In this document: positions 1-12,289 of the stretch, one piece after another
Numbering within the stretch: the first letter of the stretch is position 1
Layout: every line of letters starts with the position of its first letter
Source of the DNA: Octopus bimaculoides
Taxonomy: Eukaryota
Assembly (NCBI RefSeq): GCF_001194135.2
Contig: NC_068984.1
Span: 26,585,455 to 26,649,454 of the forward strand
Direction of reading: 5' to 3'
DNA: 64,000 nucleotides
Program-made: the position numbers and the translations under genes
The notes under the pieces: model-generated
What the model saw: the letters and a program-made list of their open reading frames with translations, nothing else
Told to the model about the DNA's origin: nothing
Databases searched by the model: none

Positions 1-62
<62 letters not shown>
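1..62. repeat. (CA)n microsatellite
   Basis: Pure CA dinucleotide run at the window start. Confidence 0.98.
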
Positions 63-67
<5 letters not shown>

Positions 68-384
68 AACACATACACGCACACAAATCAAAATAGACAT
101 GATAGGTCATGATTATTGGATCGGCTCGAGAAGCTGTATTTCCTCCAACACCGCCTTGAGTGCTATATCATTTGCATGGTGTGGAACATATTCTAACAGC
201 CTTACCCAAATGATATTGCCATCAACTTTAAAATACTCTCAAGGTTTGGTCTCCGAGCCATACGTCCTCTACAAAATCATACTCGTGTCACATCAACTGG
301 CTCTCATCTCTTTAATATCTTACCAAGATACATAAAAGAAGAAAGAGATCTTATAACTTTCGAAAATTTCTTGAACAGGCACAA

Positions 385-521
385 CGTGGCTGTTGGTGAG
401 AAGCTTGCTTACCAACCACATGGTTCCGGGTTCAGTCTCACTGCGTGGCACTTTGAGCCAGTGTCTTCTACTAGAGCCTTGAGTGGATTTGGTAGACGGA
501 AACTGGAGTAAAAGCCCGACG
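385..521 (+). mobile_element. tRNA-derived SINE, family B, 5' head
   Basis: A-box-like GTGGCTGTTGGTGAG and B-box-like GGGTTCAGTCTC, then ...GAGTGGATTTGGTAGACGGAAAC..GCCCG; homologous to 31083, 32544, 46981 and 48767. Confidence 0.8.
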
Positions 522-544
522 CATATATATTATATATATATATA

Positions 545-790
545 AGTTTATTCTATCAAATCCTTTTGCCGAACTACTAAGTTATGGGGACGTAAACAAG
601 CCAACATCGGTTGTGAAGTGGTAGTGAGGGACAAACACAAGCACAAAGATACCACACACACATGCATACACAAATGACGGGCTTCCATACATTTTCCCCG
701 CTATCAAATTCACTCAGAGGACATAGGTCGGCTCAGGGCTATAACATTGAGACTGAACCTAAGTCGTTCTAAAGCGAGCATCTTAACCAT
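545..790 (-). mobile_element. SINE family B, decayed copy (tail, CA microsatellite, partial head)
   Basis: Reverse complement matches the family-B tail (CCCCATAACTTAGTAGTTCGGCAAAAGG..GATAGAATAA) and part of the head. Confidence 0.7.
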
Positions 791-1520
791 AGAGAACCTC
801 AATATCTGTAGATATAAACAGCCTTGTCCCAAAATTTGAAATCAACGTAATTTTCTTCTGAGCTCAACTTCGTCTTTTATCCCTCCGGGGTCGATAAAAT
901 AAAGTACAATTAAACACTGAAGCAGTTAAACTTTTCTATGAAGCATTCTTGGGTGTAAATGGAATTATAATATATTCAGTCTGTGTGCAGTCACTAAAAC
1001 AGAAAGCAGCTCAACATAGTGTTTAAAAAAAAAGGGAGAAAAAAATAATCTAAACAAATCTTAAACTCGAGGCCCTTGGCCACACTAATATTACTCACAG
1101 GTCTCGCTTCGTACTTATTTAACACAAGTGCATGTAATTATATCTTTATTTGTCTAAACGAAAATCTTTTACTCTTTTGGATAATAATTGGCTTTATGGC
1201 TTTATAAAATAAAATAAAAAAACCAACAAAAAATCATTCTCCAATGATTAAGTGTAGATAAGAAAAACTCAATGAAGAAACAATGCCCGTATAGAAATTG
1301 AAAAAAAAAAAAAAAAAGAAAACGAAAAAAAAACTATTAAAAGCATTTGAAGATGTGTAAGCTACTTACATTTACTTATTTATATGTACGTATTTATTTA
1401 TATTCTATATTTAACAGAATCTCTATAACAACTGGTGTTCTGTCATTGTTTTGATTAACTCAGATCTTATCTGGCCGTATTGGTAATTAAATCAAACTAC
1501 AATATTATAATTATTTATAC

Positions 1521-1522
<2 letters not shown>

Positions 1523-1591
<69 letters not shown>

Positions 1592-1597
1592 GTTGTT
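1523..1597. repeat. (TTA)n microsatellite flanking the 3' end of an R4/Dong-like LINE
   Basis: Direct reading; abuts the LINE 3' end at 1598. Confidence 0.95.
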
Positions 1598-1861
1598 GTT
1601 CAGTAGTTTTATTTTTATAACGTGCTTTCACTTCACTACCGAGCGCAGCTCTGTGCGCCTTGGGTATGTGCTGTGGTTTGCTGTGGTGCTCTTATGTTTA
1701 CTGTATTGAAAGTGTTTTGCGTAGAATGTGTGCAGTACCCAGTAGTGCAATTTTCTGTATGTTATATATATTTGTAAGTCCTGGTATTTTTGTTATGTAT
1801 TTGTCTGAATATTTTTTTATTATACCTAAGGCACCTACTATGATAGGAATTGTTTCTGCTT
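1598..1861 (-). mobile_element. R4/Dong-like RLE non-LTR retrotransposon, 3' fragment (copy A), running into an N gap
   Basis: Minus strand translates AETIPIIVGALGIIKK..SDKYITKIPGLTNIYNIQKIALLGTAHILRKTLSIQ*, a typical RLE-LINE C-terminus. It is near-identical to 42703-42968. Confidence 0.85.
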
Positions 1862-2401
1862 NNNNNNNNNNNNNNNNNNNNNNNNNNNNNNNNNNNNNNN
1901 NNNNNNNNNNNNNNNNNNNNNNNNNNNNNNNNNNNNNNNNNNNNNNNNNNNNNNNNNNNNNNNNNNNNNNNNNNNNNNNNNNNNNNNNNNNNNNNNNNNN
2001 NNNNNNNNNNNNNNNNNNNNNNNNNNNNNNNNNNNNNNNNNNNNNNNNNNNNNNNNNNNNNNNNNNNNNNNNNNNNNNNNNNNNNNNNNNNNNNNNNNNN
2101 NNNNNNNNNNNNNNNNNNNNNNNNNNNNNNNNNNNNNNNNNNNNNNNNNNNNNNNNNNNNNNNNNNNNNNNNNNNNNNNNNNNNNNNNNNNNNNNNNNNN
2201 NNNNNNNNNNNNNNNNNNNNNNNNNNNNNNNNNNNNNNNNNNNNNNNNNNNNNNNNNNNNNNNNNNNNNNNNNNNNNNNNNNNNNNNNNNNNNNNNNNNN
2301 NNNNNNNNNNNNNNNNNNNNNNNNNNNNNNNNNNNNNNNNNNNNNNNNNNNNNNNNNNNNNNNNNNNNNNNNNNNNNNNNNNNNNNNNNNNNNNNNNNNN
2401 N

Positions 2402-2474
<73 letters not shown>

Positions 2475-3291
2475 TCTATATGAATTGCGGTTGCCTTAAC
2501 AGTGGTTTCTTTCAATGCTTTTCAGTACACAGAGTATATCAAAAGCTATTATATGTAATAGACAAATTATCTAGATTTAATATCTAGAGACGAGAAAAGT
2601 GGAATCAGAATGAAATTATTTGTATTTTCCAAGCTAGACTTCCTTGAGTTGTTGCTCGGAGTTTCCCGTGCTACGTGAAGCCCATAAACTATGAATGGCA
2701 ACACAAGAGACACAAATCGCATGAAATAAATAGCTATAGTCTACAATATGCATTGAGTATTTTTTCTTGTTTGCTAATAAAAATAACCCCTGTGTATACT
2801 CGTGTACATGTGTATGCGTATATATACATAGATATATACACATACATGTACACACACACACACACACGCATAAACACACGCACATATAAATTCAATTAGG
2901 GGTTACGTTAGTCTCATGAATGGATGGTGTCATCCAAAGAAATACTGGTTCAATACCTAATATTTTGGGGGAATTAATTTTCTTAAAATAATAGGTATTA
3001 ATATAAAAACATATAATCTATATTCATAAAGAGTATCATTCAGTTTGATATAATGAATCTATTAACACATATATAAAACATTCAAGAATATGGTGTAAAA
3101 TATGGAGTTCCAGATAGGGAAGGTAATCGGATTTTTTCCGGTATAAGGGAGATAATCAAAAATGTTGGAGATGACTAGGTTTGATTAGTTTAACATGATT
3201 TGGTTTAGAAGGAAGAGAATGTTACAAGTGGTTAGATTTTGCTTTATATTTTTTTGAATGAGGTGAGTTTCCTTATTTAAAAATGTTAGAA

Positions 3292-4310
3292 ATGGTTCAG
3301 TTTTAGCTTATATTTTTCAATGAAGAAGGTTTCCTTATTCAATGTAGCTTGTGTTGGTGTTCCAATGGCACATTGATAGAATGGAAAGATTACAAATTGT
3401 GGTAGCATTTGTTTTGCGCATTTTTCAATATGTTCACTAAAGGGTATCATTCTTTATTCTGGGAATGCGATCTGCTGTCGATGCAGAGTTTATCTGCGTC
3501 TGAGCAATTATCCTGTGGACCCTATGTAGTTTTGGTGGCAGCCCGAGCATCTTATGACATAAATCAGGTTTTCTGAAGCACAAGTAAAGTCAGATTTTAT
3601 TTTGAATTTTTGTCTCTCTTTGAAAAGGAATTCTGATCCTTCTAGAAGATTTGGGCATGTTGCGCAATTTGGTTGACGACATTTTTTCACTTTTGCATGT
3701 TATTTTAGAAAATAATTTTGCCTTTCTGGGGATCTTTTTTAGTGATTTCGGTTGTTTATAGCTTTTAATGATTTTTTATGTGTAAAATTTCCTTTAATTT
3801 GGGGTCCTTGTGTAGCATTGGTAAATTTTGGGTGATGATGGTGAAGGCTTCTTTGTTTCTGGGGTTGTATGTGGATATGTACGGCAGTATTTTCGGGGAA
3901 GGTATGTTGCTGTGTTGAACTTTTCTTAAGTTTTCTATGTCGATTTGTGTTGCACGTCTGATACCATCCTTTGTGAGTTGAACTGGGTAGTGTCTGTCAA
4001 TTAGGGTATTTTTGAGTTTTTGCAGTCTAAAATCTCTGGTATTTTGTTCTGACACTATTGTGCATATCCTTCTCGCAAGGTTGAAGGGGATGTTTGTTTT
4101 GGTGTGTCTTGGGTGGCATGAATTAAATAGTAGATATTGTTTGGCGTCTGTAGTTTTGTAAAATATGTCCGTTTCTATTTTTAGGTTTATTTTTTTAATT
4201 AGTATATCTAAGAATGGGAGCTCCTTTTGGTTGTACTCCATTGTGAGCTGTATGTTTGGGTTGACGCTGTTCAATAGTCTTTTGAATTTCAGGAGTTTAT
4301 CTGTGTTTTC

Positions 4311-4313
<3 letters not shown>
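3292..4313 (-). mobile_element. Penelope-like element, 5'-truncated and decayed (RT C-half plus GIY-YIG endonuclease)
   Basis: ORF 3765-4274 has LPFLDILI and FYKTTDAKQYLLFNSCHPRHTK. ORF 3508-3690 has CRQPNCATC and NLIYVIRCSGCHQNYIGST (GIY-YIG). The frame continues through stops to ...NKETFFIEKYKLKLN. Confidence 0.9.
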
Positions 4314-4344
<31 letters not shown>

Positions 4345-4441
4345 AATATGAATTATGATTAAAAGCAGTTCGAAGGATATAAACAATATCGAACACACAT
4401 ACACAAGGTATGTGTTTTGCTAGTTCGTGGGTAGGTTGCGC

Positions 4442-4654
4442 TTATAAGCGTAAGAGGATATATCCTTGAGAATATATCCTTGTCATAGACAAGCGAGATA
4501 ACTCGCATCGATGTTTCGTGACATACTCCGTGTTTCTCCATATCTTTCGTTCTAATCGCAAAATTTCGTAGTGTGTACTGCTTTCTACCTTATTAATAGT
4601 TTCTTGTAATTTTTGGACGAAAGATTCACGAACGATTGATGTTTCCATTGGCAA
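4442..4654 (-). pseudogene. Possible N-terminal fragment of a retroelement ORF
   Basis: LRLERKIWRNTEYVTKHRCELSRL..IYSQG weakly resembles Penelope-type N-termini and lies just upstream of the PLE on the same strand. Resemblance only. Confidence 0.3.
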
Positions 4655-4880
4655 AACGGTTACGAATTAGTAAAACACGGTAGCCGAGGGTAACTACTAC
4701 TACTACTAGAAGATGGCTCCAGTGTAATCCGTGGGTAGGAGAGGTGCAGCCGGAGGGTATAAAGTTCAGAATCAAACAGTCCAGAAAGAGTAGATCCAGA
4801 AGGAAAGAAGGTAGAATCCAAAAGTTCGTGTGATGAGAGGAGACAGGATNNNNNNNNNNTGAGAGGAGACAGGATTAGCT

Positions 4881-4881
<1 letters not shown>

Positions 4882-4931
<50 letters not shown>

Positions 4932-4972
4932 ATACATACATACATACATACATACATACATACATACATACA
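4882..4972. repeat. Compound (TAC)n/(TACA)n microsatellite
   Basis: Direct reading. Confidence 0.95.
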
Positions 4973-7049
4973 TGTATACATTACAAACAAATTCCTGATT
5001 TATTTAAGTTACCTCCACTTCAGAGAAGTTTGACCAATCGCTTGTTGACAACCAGTACTTATTCCAAATCAGACCAAATGATAATCTTAGGAATTAACAT
5101 GGCAAAATTGACATGGCAAGAACTGCCTCCCCGTCAAACAAAACCAATCTGATTGTTTGAAGACAAAAAAAAAAAAAAAANNNNNNNNNNNNNNNNNNNN
5201 NNNNNNNNNNNNNNNNNNNNNNNNNNNNNNNNNNNNNNNNNNNNNNNNNNNNNNNNNNNNNNNNNNNNNNNNNNNNNNNNNNNNNNNNNNNNNNNNNNNN
5301 NNNNNNNNNNNNNNNNNNNNNNNNNNNNNNNNNNNNNNNNNNNNNNNNNNNNNNNNNNNNNNNNNNNNNNNNNNNNNNNNNNNNNNNNNNNNNNNNNNNN
5401 NNNNNNNNNNNNNNNNNNNNNNNNNNNNNNNNNNNNNNNNNNNNNNNNNNNNNNNNNNNNNNNNNNNNNNNNNNNNNNNNNNNNNNNNNNNNNNNNNNNN
5501 NNNNNNNNNNNNNNNNNNNNNNNNNNNNNNNNNNNNNNNNNNNNNNNNNNNNNNNNNNNNNNNNNNNNNNNNNNNNNNNNNNNNNNNNNNNNNNNNNNNN
5601 NNNNNNNNNNNNNNNNNNNNNNNNNNNNNNNNNNNNNNNNNNNNNNNNNNNNNNNNNNNNNNNNNNNNNNNNNNNNNNNNNNNNNNNNNNNNNNNNNNNN
5701 NNNNNNNNNNNNNNNNNNNNNNNNNNNNNNNNNNNNNNNNNNNNNNNNNNNNNNNNNNNNNNNNNNNNNNNNNNNNNNNNNNNTATATATATATATATAT
5801 ATATTGTATTTTCCATTTCTGTCTGGGGAAAAGAATCTTGAAGAATATTTTACTTCAAACAAGTATTTTGTTTTTATTATGAATATTGTTTTTTTTAAAA
5901 TATATTTTCTCAGTGGTAATGTTGATTTTTATGGCACTGGGTATTGGGACTGGATAAAAAAGTCTTAAAAAATATTTAGTCCAGGACTCTCTACGGGATC
6001 GATTTATCTAATTTATCTCTCCAGAAGAATTTAGAAATTTTTCTGAAGAATTATTTATGTGTGGGATAAATATTTAACACATGTATTTGAGTTTCTCTGT
6101 GATCCTAACTGAGTAGGTACGTCGGAAGATTTATTTCTTGAGAGTGCGTAGCATACCACAAAGCTATAAAGTGACAAAAACCTGTTCGAGGTGATTTACT
6201 GTGGAATCGAAGTCGGAACTATGTGATAGCGATGCAAACTTTTTAATCATACTACCATACATTGAATCCAGCTAGTTATAGGTTATAAGCTCGAATATCC
6301 TTGAAGTCGAACCGTTGTTGGTGCAATACATACCAGTTACACAGCTTCTTAAAATAGAATTGACTCAGAAATAATTTTTTATTGAGTTTTAGGTTAAATA
6401 AGCAAAACTGGAACGATTCTCCCAATTTCTGTTTCTCTTTTTTTCTGTGTTGCATTTTCAGGATTCATGGAGAAAAAGTACTTTTAATATGACGAGCATC
6501 TGATCCGTGAGTTATAAAACCCACGTATAGTCCTTTGATGTAGTTAGTAATTTGAATAATATAAATTTGTTTAAATTTAATCTTTCTGTGCAGCAGACAG
6601 AAAGAATTTAGTGACGTAGGCATAGTTGAGTAGCTATAAATTTTATATCGTTCTAATATGGTTTCAGCTTCACTCCTACACCACCCCAACAGCAGTAAAT
6701 GTCTCTAGGCAGACGGAAACTACGTGGAAGACTGTCAAACTATGCATATTCTTGAGTAGCAGACTTAATCCATTGTTCGATTTAAACCTTTCTCTTCCAG
6801 TTCTCGAGGGCGCCTTTAACGGAGTTCACTGTGTTGTAATCATTTGGAACGGGTGCCCTATCCGAGGAGAACTTGATATATTAATGCACTGTTTCACACT
6901 GAAATAATTCATGAGCCATAGTTTCTGCTTCCTCCCCGCCCTAAGGCGGAGGCCCCTTCAAATATTAAATTAAGGGCCCGGCCTTTTCTCCTAGTGTGCG
7001 CACATACTTTTGTGCGCTAGTTTTAAAACACTTGTGCACATCACACACA

Positions 7050-7893
7050 CACGTACCTTAGAGGGAACACTGTCTCTCGCCTACTTAGTATCTTGGGAGT
7101 CAAGTGGGAATGTTTCATACCAGATACAGAAGTTTTGCGCATGGCACGTTGTAACTCAGTTGAACGTGTTATCTTGGCTCAAATGGGATGGACTGGACAT
7201 GTTATTAGAATGAAAGACGAGCGATTGCCAAAGAGTCTTTCTATGGTGAACTCAACTCTGGTGAGCGACCTCAGGATAAGCCAAGGAAAAGGTATAAAGA
7301 CTGTGTGAAGGAAAACTTGAAGAAACTAGATATGAACAAAAGTGATTGGAAAAATGATGCTCTAGATCAGAACAAGTGGAGAGGTGCTGTTAGGGCTGGT
7401 TGCAATGCCTAGGAGGAAAAAATGATTCAGCACCCAGAGTTTAAAAGGGCCTGTTGCAAAGGAACAACTGGAACTGAAATCAACAGTGAACATTGGATAT
7501 ATATTATGTGTGATCGTGTTCTGTTGTCAAGAGCAGGATACGTAAATCATATGAAATCACATGAAAATCGAAATGCCCAGGTAGGTAATAATCTTGGATA
7601 CCAACTGCCTCTTACGACTTGTGTCATATGTTATAAAACTTGTAAGACAAAATTTGGACTTTAAAACGTATGCTAGTTCACAAAGACATTCCTTCAGAAT
7701 CAGATTTCGAAGGGCACAGATATAGAAGAAACTTGAATAACATCTGTTACTAGTGTTTTAAACCCTGTCAGTCAGCAGCTGGTCTTAAAAGCCATCTGAA
7801 GGCTCATCGGCGGAGGGATTGGGTTGTGTGATGGGTTGTGGTGTGTTTGTTGATGGTACGGCTATCGTCTGTCAATATGAAGCAATCATCATC
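7050..7893 (+). mobile_element. RTE-clade LINE, 3' fragment with three C2H2-like fingers and a short (ATC)n tail
   Basis: Across frameshifts: ILGVKWECFIPDTEVLRMA..QMGWTGHVIRMKDERLPK..YGELNSGERPQDKPRKRYKDCVKENLK, the RTE C-terminal motif. Followed by three C-x2-C..H-x3-H-like motifs and ATCATCATC. Confidence 0.85.
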
Positions 7894-8729
7894 TATATAT
7901 ATATATGCACACACACACACACACACACANNNNNNNNNNNNNNNNNNNNNNNNNNNNNNNNNNNNNNNNNNNNNNNNNNNNNNNNNNNNNNNNNNNNNNN
8001 NNNNNNNNNNNNNNNNNNNNNNNNNNNNNNNNNNNNNNNNNNNNNNNNNNNNNNNNNNNNNNNNNNNNNNNNNNNNNNNNNNNNNNNNNNNNNNNNNNNN
8101 NNNNNNNNNNNNNNNNNNNNNNNNNNNNNNNNNNNNNNNNNNNNNNNNNNNNNNNNNNNNNNNNNNNNNNNNNNNNNNNNNNNNNNNNNNNNNNNNNNNN
8201 NNNNNNNNNNNNNNNNNNNNNNNNNNNNNNNNNNNNNNNNNNNNNNNNNNNNNNNNNNNNNNNNNNNNNNNNNNNNNNNNNNNNNNNNNNNNNNNNNNNN
8301 NNNNNNNNNNNNNNNNNNNNNNNNNNNNNNNNNNNNNNNNNNNNNNNNNNNNNNNNNNNNNNNNNNNNNNNNNNNNNNNNNNNNNNNNNNNNNNNNNNNN
8401 NNNNNNNNNNNNNNNNNNNNNNNNNNNNNNNNNNNNNNNNNNNNNNNNNNNNNNNNNNNNNNNNNNNNNNNNNNNNNNNNNNNNNNNNNNNNNNNNNNNN
8501 NNNNNNNNNNNNNNNNNNNNNNNNNNNNNNNNNNNNNNNNNNNNNNNNNNNNNNNNNNNNNNNNNNNNNNNNNNNNNNNNNNNNNNNNNNNNNNNNNNNN
8601 NNNNNNNNNNNNNNNNNNNNNNNNNNNNNNNNNNNNNNNNNNNNNNNNNNNNNNNNNNNNNNNNNNNNNNNNNNNNNNNNNNNNNNNNNNNNNNNNNNNN
8701 NNNNNNNNNNNNNNNNNNNNNNNNNNNNC

Positions 8730-9022
8730 TGAGCACTCCACAGACGCTGTACCCTTAACGTAGTTCTCGGGGATATTCAGCGTGACACAGTGTGACAAGG
8801 CTGACCCTGTGAATTACAGGCACAACAGAAACAAGAAGTAAGAGTGAGAGAAAGTTGTGGTGAAAGAGTACAGCAGGGTTCGCCACCATCCCCTGCCGGA
8901 GCCTCGTGGAGCTTTAGGTGTTTTCGCTCTATAAACACTCACAACGCCCGGTCTGGGAATCGAAACCACGATCCTATGACCGCGAGTCCGCTGCCCTAAC
9001 CACTGGGCCATTGCGCCTCCAC
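8730..9022 (-). mobile_element. tRNA-derived SINE, family C head plus body X
   Basis: Reverse complement starts GTGGAGGCGCAATGGCCCAGTGGTTAGGGCAGCGGACTCGCGG..GGTTTCGATTCCCAG (A and B boxes). Head is shared with 24361; body is shared with 28060-28150. Confidence 0.88.
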
Positions 9023-10499
9023 AATGCTGCATATAAATGACAGAAATAGGTTGTCAGAAGAAAGAAAATGAAAAGTAAAACAACGAGGACAAGAGAAAAA
9101 AAATATCTCACAGAAGGAAAAATAGTATCAGAAATAGCAAATGGTTATTGGTCTGTTCTTTCTCTGCATGGAATTGGCGACAAATGAAACTTAGAACAGA
9201 AAGCTAATAACAGTTTTTCAATGTAATTAAGATTCCATTAAAAGCGAATGATGGAAAAAGATAAAGAAAACAATATATGCAATAATAAGGCATAAAGCAA
9301 CTTGAAGTTAATTTAGAAAAAGGATGGAGGAAGGGGAGGATGGAAAGGAAAGAGGTAGGTTTTAGACGGAAAGAGAGACAAGGTTCAGAATGAAAGGAGG
9401 AGAAAATCATTACGTGCCTTTTTGGTTTGCGCGTGTTTGTGTGTTAAGCGTAAGTATGTGTGTGAAGAAAATTTAGGCCTGATTCACTCCCTTTACTCAC
9501 TCTTCCATTCTCCCCCTCTCTCTCTCGCTTTCTCTCTCTTTAAATGTTTATTCTCATTCTCCATCATTGTTGCTTAGTCTCATGTCTGCTCTGATCTAAC
9601 AATAATAATAATTCTGTCTAAATTTTTCTGACGCTGTATATCCAGAACTACATTATCCTTCGCTAATTGCCGTTTTAAAGACGGTTAGGTTAAAATTCGG
9701 GCGAGATTTGACAACTATTTTCAGCAAATCAAACGACCTCATAGCCTATTTATGTTCGTATCTTGATGAAAATATATTCGTTTGGCTTTTGAGGAAAACA
9801 TATACATAATAAAGTCGCCTTTTCAGGAAATTGCCAAACATTCAACTGTTAGATTTAATCACATACAATAAAACTGCAATAATTTTATTTGTCGGTGCTC
9901 GAGTTGTTTATCTGCTTGCTTAACTGCTGGTATTTTTGTCTTTTATATCAAACTTTAGGGATAAATATTGTATATGCAGAATTGGAGCAATTGTTCTGAG
10001 GACAATTTCTATACTGTGCTAAGCATATTTTAATTACTATTTGCTTCACCCATAGCGCATTGAACAAAACCCTTAGCAGCTTTTCTTCTGGCTCTGGGTT
10101 AAAAAAACAAAAAACAAAAAAACATGGTAGCTAACTCTTCCTTTCACCCTTTCAGTGTCGAAAAAGTAAAGTACCTGTTAAGTACCAGGGTCAACGTGAT
10201 CGACTAACCCACTCACGCTAAAATTGGTGGCTTTGTATCAAATTTTAAATAATTATTTGTCTCGCCTCGAAGAAATCCTCAGTAGAAGTGAAAGAAAAAC
10301 ATACGTGTCTTGTATTATAGCAAATCAACAGAAAAAAAAAAAAAAAGAAAATTTGTGAAGGAGAGATCTATTTTATCCACATCTCTCTGTCTGAAAGTCA
10401 GCTGTCACCTACGGGTATGTAGTTTGTACCATGCTTTCGTTAATTGTTTTTTTGTGCCTATGAAATAGCGAGCAATGATAGACACCTTCTTGACTGTCC

Positions 10500-10728
10500 C
10501 ATCCTATTTTTTTGTCCAGTGGTACATCACATCACAATGTAACAGCTGGAAGGACAGTGAGCTTCTCCAGTATTCGGCTGGTGCCCATTTTTAACTGATC
10601 TGAGAGGAACAACGACAAGTTAAGTGCCTTGCCCAGGGACACAAATTAATTACCTACCAGTCCAAGAACTGAAACCAATACTTTACGAACGTGGTCCCAA
10701 CACCCTAATCACTAGCCACGTGCTTTCA
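10500..10728 (-). mobile_element. tRNA-derived SINE, family D, decayed
   Basis: Reverse complement GTGAAAGCACGTGGCTAGTGATTAGGGTGTTGG..TGTGTCCCTGGGCAAGGCACTT; homologous to 34700, 44135 and 27929. Confidence 0.7.
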
Positions 10729-10870
10729 CACATGCGCCCACGCACGCACGTACGCACGCACGCACGTACGCACGCACGCACGCACGTGCACGCGCGCGCA
10801 CACGCACACACGCACACACACACACACACACNNNNNNNNNNGCACGCACGCACGCACGTGCACGCGTGCG

Positions 10871-10913
<43 letters not shown>

Positions 10914-12289
10914 GCACACACACAAGGCGGGTTTCTACACAATCTCCGGTTACCAAATTCATTCACATAGTGTTAAAGACATCTTAGGGCCACGCAATGG
11001 GACTGAACACAAAAAAACGTAGTTGTGAACTTCTGAATCACAAAGACACGCCTGTACCTGTGTATAGACTTGCTGTAGAGCAACTATCCCACGCGGTATT
11101 GGCAACATGTGTGGGTATCGAACTGACTTCATAGGCAGTAATTTTCATTTTAAATTTCGAGAGTTGGTTTAACTCCGTTCTCTGTGAATTGTAGAAATAT
11201 TTGTTAGTCTTATATACAAAATGCGGCTAACCTTATATGAATCAATTTTCAATTTGGTGTTAGTTCTCGATATATGCTTCCCTATACAAAACTGTAATGC
11301 TGTGATGATGTAGAAGTAACATTTTAACAGTTGTGAAACTAATACCAATGTCTAAATTAGTTCCCCCTCTTTGGATTAAGTAGATTACGACGCATTCTTT
11401 TTATATGACTATAAATTATTTTTGTTCTTGACATGAGGGGATCGTAATTAAACGAACACTGAGCAGAGCTTTAAAATGTCTGTAACTGTGCAATTGAAAT
11501 ATAAGAGCACCGTGCTTTTTTTTTTATGGTTTTGTCAGATGACGAAGAGTATTGCTTATAACTGATGCAAGGTCCCTGAGTCTGCTGGGTTGGAGGCAGA
11601 CATAAAGGAACCACGATAATAAATTGTTGCAGTAGGAAGAATCACAACAAGATATCAAATTTTCCTCAGAACAGAACCCTGGTCCGAAAACTTGCAACAT
11701 AATGAATTCTAAAGTTATACATGGCCAGGCGGTAGTATCAAACTAGAGAATGAATTAATTCTATCAACAAAGACCCCGCCCAACTGGCATCCGTACGATT
11801 TTCTTACATCTGGTTCTATCCATAAGACATAAATTGACTCGCGGTTGTAGTAGATATTCGCTCAAGGTAGCGCAAAGTGGCGACTGGAACATGGGACCAC
11901 ATTATTGTAAAGGGAACATCTTACCCACACTACTTGGATGCATCTTCCGCGAATCATTCCAAAGTAAAACCACCTGTATATTCAACATACAAGTATTTCT
12001 TAGATACACCAAAATATCGAATGTTCATAAGTTAATGTTTTACATATGATAGATACACATGTTCTGTTCGTTGGAGGCTGCTACATGATGGCAGTAAGAG
12101 AGAGAGAGCGAGAGTATGTGTGTATGTGTGCTTAAAGGGAGAGAATCGCTTCTAAGTATTTTTCTTCTCTCGTTTTGTGTTGGAAATTCTTATCGGAGAT
12201 GAAAAGTGGATAGTGGATACATATTTATCATACAATTTTCTTTCTTTTAAAAATTGTTTTTATTAATAATAGAATATCTTTATGAAATA

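Noticed and set aside
2898-2940. Hammerhead remnant downstream of the 3292-4313 Penelope element
   Set aside because: The minus strand reads TGGATGA..TAACGTA instead of CTGATGA..GAAACGTA. Both core boxes are broken, so it is too degenerate to call.
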